A stretch of 63,030 nucleotides of DNA, the filler included, from Octopus bimaculoides (lineage: Eukaryota), in assembly GCF_001194135.2 (NCBI RefSeq). It is 9 parts of 9 records of this genome, joined end to end, with 100 filler letters (N's around TTAATTAATTAA, not from the genome) between each part and the next. Parts side by side here need not be neighbours in the genome. Positions count along the whole stretch, not along the records: positions 50,038 to 58,290 come from NC_069007.1; positions 58,391 to 61,411 come from NC_069001.1; positions 61,512 to 63,030 come from NC_068987.1; 6 more parts are not named here. One strand, given 5' to 3'. Position 1 is the first letter of the stretch. Each line of letters starts with the position of its first letter. Of this stretch, positions 53,537 to 63,030 are shown piece by piece. The notes below the pieces were generated by a model. It was given only the letters and a program-made list of their open reading frames with translations, had not been told where the DNA came from and searched no databases. The translations under genes and the position numbers were made by a program.

Positions 53537-53690
53537 GCTTGGTGCCAAGTTCTCCACGTGTTAGCAGAATATGCACCAAGCTGCAATTTCTTCTGGATGT
53601 TTTGTGAAGGGCTTTATTTATACACCGTCCTCGTTTGGACATTTCGCTCCGGCAAACGCTTCTTGTATTTATGCTGCGCCATAGGATGGG
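53537..53690 (+). CDS. Class B1 GPCR (calcitonin receptor-like), TM3-ICL2-TM4 exon
   Basis: Acceptor tctttgccag and donor gtaagt. The 154 bp encode AWCQVLHVLAEYAPSCNFFWMFCEGLYLYTVLVWTFRSGKRFLYLCCAIGW(G), with class B motifs CN.FWM.CEG.YL and GWG (phase-1 intron inside the last Gly). Confidence 0.95.
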
Positions 53691-54807
53691 GTAAGTGCTT
53701 TCTTTAATCGCTAACAGAAGCGAATGAATGTGTGGAAGTCACGTGATTCTGAGGTGGATCACATGATCACAGGAATGTGGTATATACATGCACATATATA
53801 GATGCATCCTTACATAAATATATACATACACATAAATATATACACACTCATATATATATACACATACATATACATATAGAGATAGAGAGATACACATATG
53901 TATGTAAATATATATATATATANNNNNNNNNNNNNNNNNNNNNNNNNNNNNNNNNNNNNNNNNNNNNNNNNNNNNNNNNNNNNNNNNNNNNNNNNNNNNN
54001 NNNNNNNNNNNNNNNNNNNNNNNNNNNNNNNNNNNNNNNNNNNNNNNNNNNNNNNNNNNNNNNNNNNNNNNNNNNNNNNNNNNNNNNNNNNNNNNNNNNN
54101 NNNNNNNNNNNNNNNNNNNNNNNNNNNNNNNNNNNNNNNNNNNNNNNNNNNNNNNNNNNNNNNNNNNNTATATATATATATATTTATATATATATACTGT
54201 ATATATTCACATACATATAGAGAGAATGCGACATAATCGGTTGTAAACTTCGTCATATGCTATTTACACGCTCCTGTGAAATAGCATGTTGGCTGCAATG
54301 AATCGTTTGAAAATCTCATTCGGATAAATTTAGCTTTTATCTGGGAATTTCATTGCTCTACACATCCGTTTTGATGTAAAAGAATTCTTTGAGATCCACT
54401 TTCATCCTTGTAACTTGAGCTATCACATTACCAGTTAAAAGCCAACTCGCTGTGAAATAGTGGTGAAATAGTAATGCCGTTTCCTCATCATTTAATTCTT
54501 CACACAACAAAGGAAGAATCGTTTTGTTCCAAGAACTAAAACTTACCAAAGTCTGCCAATGTCTGCGACATCTCGGAAGACGTACTTGAGAGCTGAAGGT
54601 AGCAACGTCTTCACACGTAAGACATTGCTTTGAAATAAGACATTGTATGCACTTTGCATCTAGGTTTGACATTCGTCGTCAGAGCCAAAGGTTGATGTTC
54701 TTGCCATCGTATCCGGTCTATAAACCCAGAACTCTAGGAACCCTAACAAGTTGAGCGACCGTCTGATTTTTCTCATGACATCTCAAAAACAAAAAAAAAG
54801 TATAGGA

Positions 54808-55165
54808 TGAGGCGTGGCTGTGTGGTAAGAAGCTTGCTTTCCAACCACATGGTTCCGGGTTCAGTTCCACTGTGTGGCACCTTGGGCAAGTGTCTTCTAC
54901 TATAGTCTCAGGCCGACTAAAATCATGTGAGTGGATTTGGTAGACGGAAGCATAAAGAAGCCGGCTTATGTATGTTTGTATTTGTCTCCCACCACTGCTC
55001 GACAACCGGTGTTGGTGTGTTTTCATCCCCGTAACTTAACGGTCCGGCATACGAGACCGGTAAAATAAGTACCAGGTTTTAAAAGAATAAGTCCTGGAGT
55101 CGATTTGCTCGACTGTAAAAAAAAATATTCTTGAAGGTGGTGCCCCAGCATGACCGCAGACTAAC
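54808..55165 (+). mobile_element. SINE family B copy
   Basis: Same A/B boxes and tail; lies in the intron between the TM3-4 and TM4 exons. Confidence 0.85.
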
Positions 55166-56122
55166 GCCTGAAACAGTTACGCACTGGGGTCGATCGATGT
55201 AATCGACTTAATCCCTTTGTCTGTCCTTGTTTGTCCCCTGTATGTTTAGCCCCTTGTGAGCAATAAAGAAATAAGAAACGTTAGCACACNNNNNNNNNNT
55301 GTTTGTCCCCTGTATGTTTAGCCCCTTGTGAGCAATAAAGAAATAAGAAACGTTAGCACACCGGGCGAAATGCTTAGCGGTATTTCATCTGCCGTTACGT
55401 TATGAGATCAAATTCTGCCGAGGTCAACTTTGCCTTTCATCCTTTCGGGGTCGATAAATCAAGTACCAGTTGCGTACTGGAGTCGATCTAATTAACAGGC
55501 ACCCTGCCCAAAAATTTCGGACCTTTTGCCTAGAGTACAAAAGAATATTATTGTGACTAGAAGTGAAATAGCTTAGCAAAACAAAAACAAAAATAAAAAT
55601 TCAAATCATCTTTCCTTTCTTAAATATTTTTCCACAAATCTCACTGGCAACTTTTTGATTTATTGAAATTATCTCTGCTTCTAGAGGATGTATTATAATT
55701 AACTAAACAGCGATTAAGACCAGCTCAATATGACAAGGTTAAAGTTGACGTACCACGAAGGAAAACGACCGGGTTATTGTCTGAAGGCAAGAAGACAGTC
55801 GCCGATACGTGTTTCTACCTCAATAGACGTTGTCAGCTTGGCTGTCAGCTATCCTATTGAACAAGATAAAGGCATCTAGCAGAACCATTTTGATTATCTG
55901 ATTTTCTTTTTAATATCATGTAACATGCTAGATTAAATGATAAATGTTAATCCGTCGATGTAGATTATTATTATACAATGGCAGAATATTCGCTTTGTTC
56001 GAAGCATTTCCTCCTGACGTGCGCCCAACGATATCTCTTTATTATTTATATTTTAGTCGGGAAGGAAAGCTGTATATAAGACAGATAACAACGCCTCTGA
56101 TGCCATTACCACCAAAACCACA

Positions 56123-56156
<34 letters not shown>

Positions 56157-56256
56157 GTGTGAATTCTATCACAATTTGTAATGATCGATATTCTCTGATA
56201 ATTGATAGTCTTTAGTTAGAACTTTCGATTTAGAAGTTGATTCGAGTTTATGGTGA

Positions 56257-56410
56257 GAAGAAGAAGAAGAAGAAGAAGAAGAAGAAGAAGAAGAAGAAGA
56301 AGAAGAAGGGGGAAGAGGAGGAGGAGGAGGAGGAGGAAGAAGAAGAAGAAGAAGAAGAAGAAGAAGAAGAAGAAGAAGAAGAAGAAGAAGAAGAAGAAGA
56401 AGAAGAAGAA
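56257..56410. repeat. Pure purine (GAA)n(GAG)n(GAA)n tract
   Basis: About 150 bp with no pyrimidine on the + strand. Confidence 0.95.
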
Positions 56411-56779
56411 ATGGTTTAACTAGTATCAATGATAGTCCATACAATTATTGTGTCAAAGAAATTATATCTCGGATGTCAGATGCATGAAATCTATACGAAG
56501 ATTTCAATGAAAATCACGTGGTGTCAGACAAGGAACCTGGAAGCAAATTTATTGTTAGTGACCTCTTGTTGAAATTGGTTAACAGAATCCAGCAAATTCT
56601 TCGGTGTGAAATATTGCTTCCGATATTTTCGACTATAATCGTACCTAACAGAAATGGTTTATTTCATGATGGATTAAATTATAGACTATTTAGCTATGAG
56701 TCTTTGCGTTTCGGTTTCGAATTAAAACGATGCTGGTTTTACTTTTCATATATCTAGGGAGTCTGTGCCGAGCATTTTA

Positions 56780-57110
56780 TTGTATAGGAGATGGTATCAA
56801 AAAGTTCCTGGACTAATTATGTTTAATAAAAAAAACATTTACTTAAGTTTTAACATCATCTCCTTCGAAATACTCATCTTGCGCAGCAATACACCGGTCA
56901 TTCCCAGCATTCCTGCCATTTTTCGAATCCGGTCTGGAAGTCGTTCTAAGTAAGCGAGTCGAGGAACTTCTGCGATTCGCTCTGGATCTTGATAACGGTG
57001 TTACAACGGCGACCTTTGAGCCGCATTTTCATCTTGGGAAGAGATGAAAGTCCGCAGGGGCTAAATCTAGCGAACAGGGCCGATGCGCAAGCGATGCCAT
57101 AAGTGAAGAG
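56780..57110 (-). mobile_element. Mariner 3' fragment with TIR
   Basis: Minus strand reads LPKMKMRLKGRRCNTV..IQSESQKFLDSL...DFQ.GFEKWQECW. The TIR-like sequence tatcaaaaagttcctggact lies near 56795. Confidence 0.75.
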
Positions 57111-57124
57111 AGCTCTGTGAAGAA

Positions 57125-57161
<37 letters not shown>

Positions 57162-57810
57162 ACGAGCTTCTTTCAGTTTCCGTCTACCAAATCCACTTAC
57201 AAGGCTGTGGTCAGTCCAAGGTGCCACGCAGTGGGACTGAACCCGGAACCATGTGGTTGAGAAACAAGCTTTTTTCCCACACAACCACGCCTAGTAATAT
57301 TCATTCAAATTTCAAAAGTGATAAATAAAACTTTGGCTAATGTTAGAAATTTTCGTATCAGCATACATCTCCACATACGATACTTGGACACGGCGTCAGG
57401 GCTGTCCCCTGGGGGTCGACTGGGTATTTTAGTTCTTACAGAATACGTCCTCATCCAAGGGGGACACCGAACTAGGTCTAGGAACCCTATGAGATATTCT
57501 ACTGACGTCATCGACCCCTTCTTTTCAACCAGAACCCTCGAAGTTCTTTCTCATCTGTCTCTGCGTTGTTCTTGATGGGCCATGCCCTGAATAGGGTTTA
57601 TGAAACGCTGTGATGCCCCCAAAATTCTGTCGGCCTTTTAGCGGGTGCGATCTACGAACCCGCAACTGAAAACTTTCACCGGCAAACACCTCCAACAGTT
57701 AAGAGCGATTCTCGGGAGTTTCGTAACTTTCAAAGCATGTGTCAGTAATCAACAACAATCAATACTAATTAAAAATTACTTATTCATAATTACTACTTCT
57801 ATATTTGCAG

Positions 57811-57877
57811 GTGTTCCTCTAATATTGACAACAATCTACGCAGCGGTTCGATCCCAGTACAAGGAACACACCTTGCG
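57811..57877 (+). CDS. Class B1 GPCR (calcitonin receptor-like), TM4-ECL2 exon
   Basis: Acceptor tatttgcag and donor gtaagt. The 67 bp encode (G)VPLILTTIYAAVRSQYKEHTL(R). It completes GWG.P in frame with the previous exon and has a phase-2 end, as expected before the ECL2 C-W. Confidence 0.9.
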
Positions 57878-58490
57878 GTAAGTTCGTCTTTTATTTACAA
57901 TTTGTTAATTATTCTTGGAGTCGCCTTGCAGAAGGCCGGTAGTAGTAAGTTCTTAAAATATCTATCATTGCCTGACGTATGTAATACTCTTTTACTCTTT
58001 TACTCTTTTACTTGTTTCAGTCATTTGACTGCGGCCATGCTGGAGCACCGCCTTTAGTCGAGCTAATCGACCCCAGGACGTATTCTTTGAAAGCCTAGTA
58101 CTTATTCTGTCGGTCTCTTTTTGCCGAACCGCTAAGCTACGGGGACGTAAACTCACCAGCATCGGTTGTCAAGTGATGGTGTGGGGGGGGGGGAAACACA
58201 GACACACAACCACACATACATATCGTAACCAACACCACCACCATCACCACCACCACCAGAACTATCACCATCGCCGCCACTGTCACCACCNNNNNNNNNN
58301 NNNNNNNNNNNNNNNNNNNNNNNNNNNNNNNNNNTTAATTAATTAANNNNNNNNNNNNNNNNNNNNNNNNNNNNNNNNNNNNNNNNNNNNTATATATATA
58401 TATATATATATATGTATATGTGTGTATATATGTATGTATATATATATATATACATATATATATACGTGTGTATATATGTATGTATAAATG

Positions 58491-58533
<43 letters not shown>

Positions 58534-58730
58534 CACGTAAAGGAGATTGATAAATCCAGGCACACGGTGGTTAAGTGAACAGTATGGAATGTTTTGTATC
58601 TATTTCTCTATATCTTAAGATGCACAATAAAATTCTACCCAACTGAAACAATTGTTGGTCTTGTATGATGTAATCTTCAAATAAAGATGTGGTAATCTGC
58701 ATTCCTGTTGATGTTGTTAACATATTTATA

Positions 58731-59108
58731 TATTGTACGATAAAAATAAGATGATAATTTTTCGAACGCAGAGTTGGGTTTGAACAGCAGAAATACTGGT
58801 TAAATTACCCTTATAAGGCAGAAAAATTTGTCAACAACCAGCCATGGGACTCGAACCCATATCACTCATGGTTGTTATATAAATCTAAAGTATTAAGCGC
58901 CTAATTCGGCGGATGAATTTGTCAGCGAGCAGTTTAGGCTAGTGCTAAATTATTCAACCGGAGTCTTTTGAGAGAAATGGGTTCGAGTCCCATGGCTGGT
59001 TGCTGACAAATTTTTCCGCCTTGTATGGGTAATTTAACCAGATTTTCTGCTGTTCGAACGGCAACTCTGCGTTCGGAAAAAAAATCACCTTATTTATATC
59101 TTACAATA
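58731..59108. mobile_element. MITE/foldback-like element with ~130-bp TIRs containing tRNA B-boxes
   Basis: Arms 58731-58860 and 58977-59108 are reverse complements. Each carries gggttcgagtccc in outward orientation. Confidence 0.75.
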
Positions 59109-60496
59109 CACATTTCGACGCCTCTAATAAAACAAAAAGAGATATTTGTTTGGTTTACATTTATATGTAAGTAATACTAACAGCATGAGTGTATACATAT
59201 AAAAATATATACATTCATATATTGTTTAATGCCATGAGAATTTAGGAACTTTGAGAGAACGGGAAATAAGAAAAAATATATATACGCAATGTGCATTGCG
59301 TGATCTGGGGCCAACAAAAGCTGGTCATAGATCTTAGTGGTAAATGCCATTTTAAAAACACAAGGGAAGAGGAAGAGGTAACATGTAAGATGGGGAGAGA
59401 CTGAGTGAGTGTATAAGTGGGGAAAAGGTTATAAAACAAAGGAAAATAACTGAATGTTAAGATTAAAAGAAAATCAAAGAAAACGGGTCGGTTTTTTTCA
59501 AAGGAAGTCCGGAAAGATCCAGAAGGTTCCATTAGGAGAAGACACTGGAAATAAGAAGGAAAAATCCGGTGGTATTATCACACAAAGGACGCCTAAAAGA
59601 CTAGCCTATATCTAAATGCGACGTTTGAAAGCTAGGAGAACAAAAAATGCCTCACCTGTGAGGTATCCCTTATTTTCTGGTAAAATGATTGTGATATCTT
59701 GCCGATGCCCTATAATGGAAATATCGAGTGAAAAAAGATGGAGAATGGAGAACGGAAGAAGAAAGCTGAAAAGTGTGAAAACATTTATTGGGTTCCTTAA
59801 AGAAAGAAGAGAAGAAATACGTTTGAGCAAGCATAGAAGCAAAAGAAACGAAAAAAGGAAAGGAAACAAAGAGGAATAAGTACAAAAATAATAAAGATAC
59901 ATATGAGAGGGTGGAGAAATGGGTAACAATGACGAATAAGAGAAATGCAATAATTTATTGTAGAGCTGCGATTCGTGTCTATAGTTAACCTGAGATTAGC
60001 GAAGATCATCGCTGATCGCGTAACTACAAGCTGAATGCATAGTATAGTGTTTGTAACAAATGTGATAGACAGGGACGTCGAATGAATTGGAACAAAGTGG
60101 ACAGGTATTAAACGGAGTAAATAATGATTAAAATTATGTGTTTGAGGGAATAAGTGAGAAAGAAAATAAAAGAAAGTAACAAAGGAAAAGGAAAAAAAAA
60201 TTGATAAATAAATAAAAGACAATTGAATGATATCACAAAATGACACTTATACACACACATACATACACACATACATAGATACACACGCACATACATACAT
60301 ATATACATATGCCTCACCTATACAAAACGCATGAGCATATGTAAGATATTGTAAGTGGAATGATAGTCATTGATGTGTGTGTCTGTGTGTGCGTGTGTGT
60401 GGTGTGTGTTTATACACGGGTGAGTGGACAAATGGAAGAAAGAGGGATTCAACACATTTAGAAGTTACATGTATTACCATTTAAAACAATTCGGTT

Positions 60497-60550
60497 CCAT
60501 GCGACTTAAAGTTTCGTAGGTTTCTGATAGAAACCTAACTCGTCGGGCGC
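60497..60550 (-). ncRNA. Type I hammerhead ribozyme-like motif with a U4C core change
   Basis: Minus strand: gc CCGACGA gt taggtttct-atc-agaaaccta c GAAA CTTTAAG TC gc. Stem II is a perfect 9 bp. Confidence 0.55.
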
Positions 60551-60572
60551 AGTTAATTACACACCTACATGC

Positions 60573-60669
<97 letters not shown>

Positions 60670-60711
60670 CATAAATATGTATATATATATATATATGTAT
60701 GTATATCTATC

Positions 60712-60753
<42 letters not shown>

Positions 60754-61377
60754 TATATATACATATATGTATATATCAAGGATCAAGGGTACTTCCCGAG
60801 CCATTTTCCGGGCTTCTTTCAGTTTCCGTTTACCAAATCAACTCACAAGGCTTTAGTCAGCTGGAGGCTATAGTAGAAGACATTTGCTCAAGGTGCCACG
60901 CAGTGGGACTGAACCCAAAACCATGTGGTTGGGAAGCAAGCTTCTTACCACACAGCCACGACTGTTGTTGTTGTTGTTGTTATCATCATCATCATCAGCA
61001 GCAGCAGCACAACGACAGGTTTTTCTGACTAGCCAAGTTCTGCAGTCACACAAAAGATACAAAAGCCTTCGTCGTGTCAACCAACATTTATATACACAAT
61101 AGATAATAGATTATTAACTGGTCTTATAATCAAGCAGAGCCTGGATTAAACGAGGAGAACACAATTGTAGCCGAGTTGATGTCCATAATTATGGTGGCAT
61201 CAGTGAAACAGACACAGCAGAACTATCTTACGTGTATCATTAAATATGTTTAACTGGTTTGATGTTCTCTCCGTCTCTTTCTCTCATCAAATAAAGCCTT
61301 AATTAATTTAATATAGTTACGTTAGCTATGTAATCATCGGGAATGAGTAAATACACACACACTAACATATACATATT

Positions 61378-61411
<34 letters not shown>

Positions 61412-61511
61412 NNNNNNNNNNNNNNNNNNNNNNNNNNNNNNNNNNNNNNNNNNNNTTAATTAATTAANNNNNNNNNNNNNNNNNNNNNNNNNNNNNNNNN
61501 NNNNNNNNNNN

Positions 61512-61754
61512 TGTAGCTGTAGCTTATAACTGGGACAGCTAAAGTGTTGATACCCATTATCTTGTTTTTAGCATTGAGCTCTGTTTTTAGTATTGATCTA
61601 ACTCGTCTATAGTACTCTTTCTTTATTTTTTCTTTCATTTATGTATGTTGTATCCTATCTAGTTCATTGACTCCTAAATACTTGTATGGTTGGTTTTCGT
61701 CTAGTTCTCTTATTTCATTGGCTTTATCTAGTGTTATAATGCTACTTTTAACTA

Positions 61755-61760
<6 letters not shown>
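61512..61760 (-). mobile_element. R4/Dong LINE RT fragment
   Basis: YKYLGV...MKEKIKKEYYRRVRSILKTELNAKNKIMGINTLAVPVISYS. Confidence 0.8.
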
Positions 61761-61825
<65 letters not shown>

Positions 61826-62990
61826 GTGTTATTATTATTATTATTCGAATCTTTTATTTGTTTTATATTTCATTTGATAATTCTATCCCGAACCATTTAA
61901 CAATTTGCCTCTGAGAATTTCAGTAAGGAAATGTTCCATATTCTATGTTTCTCTCAATGATGACCCAATATGTTATGTGTTGGCATTTTGAAGTAACGAA
62001 CGGTAAAAAACAAAAACAAACAAAAAAATTAAAACAAACAAAAAAATTAAAACAGAAAAAAAAACACAGAAAAAAGAAAGAAATCTTCTGCTATATTTCT
62101 ATAAGTCTTCAGAAGATATTTCAAAATAGCCAGAACAATTTGCTATATATTAAGCATATAACCATATGTCTAAGCGAGTGCTTCTCACACTAACTGTCAC
62201 AGCGGGAGGCAATCCTTGTTAGAAATTTTAACTGCAGGGCGATTATGATGCAAATGTCATTCAAAATTAACAACTTTAACATCTGTTTTCATTTTTTGGT
62301 TTCTATAGATTTAGGGGTTTTGTCCTCCGAAGCACTTCAGCTCCGCAGACATCTGGTCGCCAACGAACACATATTATGCTAAAAACATAACATTCTATGA
62401 CAAAGGCACACACACACACATAGACATATATAAACACACACATACATGTATATACATAATACCTCATGCATATATATATATATATATATGTGTGTGTGCG
62501 CGTATCTATTTATGCATGTACGTAGGTATGTATATAGCTAACATTTATAGTGGATCGTTTCTAATGTATATTTGCATTTGTGCTTTTGATTTTGCGTGTG
62601 AAATTCTTTCCGATTGATATCTACTCAAAAAAAAAAAAAGAAAAAACCCCAAAATCGGAGTGAAATCATGATCTGGATCTAACAGTATGGTTGCCTAAGT
62701 ACGGATGTACATACATGATATAATGTATTAGAATGAACTATATTATATTATGTAATATTTCATATATATGCTGTTATTATTTTATCCTTTTACTGGTTTC
62801 AGTCATTTGACTGCGGCCGTGCTGGAGTACCGTCTTTAGTCGAACAAATCCGCCCCAAGACCTATTCTTTGTAAACATCGTACTTATTCTACGGGTCTCT
62901 TTTATAGAACCGTTAAGTTTCGTGGGTGTAAGCCAACATCGGTTGTCAAGCAATAGTGCGGGGACAAACACCGACACACAAATGCATACA

Positions 62991-63030
<40 letters not shown>

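Noticed and set aside
54358-54672. 104-aa Cys-containing minus-strand ORF
   Set aside because: No recognisable motif or splice context; plausible by chance in intronic DNA.
57300-57760. GC-richer intronic block considered as an rRNA fragment or exon
   Set aside because: No rRNA motif recognised and no class B peptide in any frame. A short shared motif at 54735 suggests a repeat remnant.
62308-62400. Strong acceptor (ttttggtttctatag) as a candidate next GPCR exon
   Set aside because: No frame gives the expected C-W...GP TM5 sequence and no suitable donor follows.

Overview
Eukaryotic, microsatellite- and SINE-saturated genomic DNA. The repeat families suggest a cephalopod (octopus-like) draft scaffold, which is an inference. 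There are many N-gaps, eight of them carrying an artificial TTAATTAATTAA linker. The only host gene I can support is a + strand class B1 (secretin-family) GPCR of the calcitonin/CGRP/DH31-receptor type. Four exons covering TM1 to the start of ECL2 (51844-51935, 52593-52719, 53537-53690, 57811-57877) splice in frame with canonical GT-AG sites. I found no extracellular-domain or TM5-7 exons in the visible sequence. Decayed mobile DNA makes up most of the rest: a near full-length Helitron RepHel pseudogene with a 23-aa N-terminal repeat, a second Helitron fragment, mariner and Tigger/pogo transposase remnants, CR1/L2-like, RTE and R4/Dong LINE pieces, at least four tRNA-type SINE families and foldback/MITE-like elements. 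The most notable unannotated signals are several minimal type I hammerhead-ribozyme-like motifs (one inside a ~358-bp retrozyme-like direct-repeat unit), an inverted-repeat element with tRNA B-boxes in both arms, a 165-bp SINE-derived satellite and a 25-bp conserved/variable minisatellite. All coordinates and alignments were done by eye; nothing was searched against databases.
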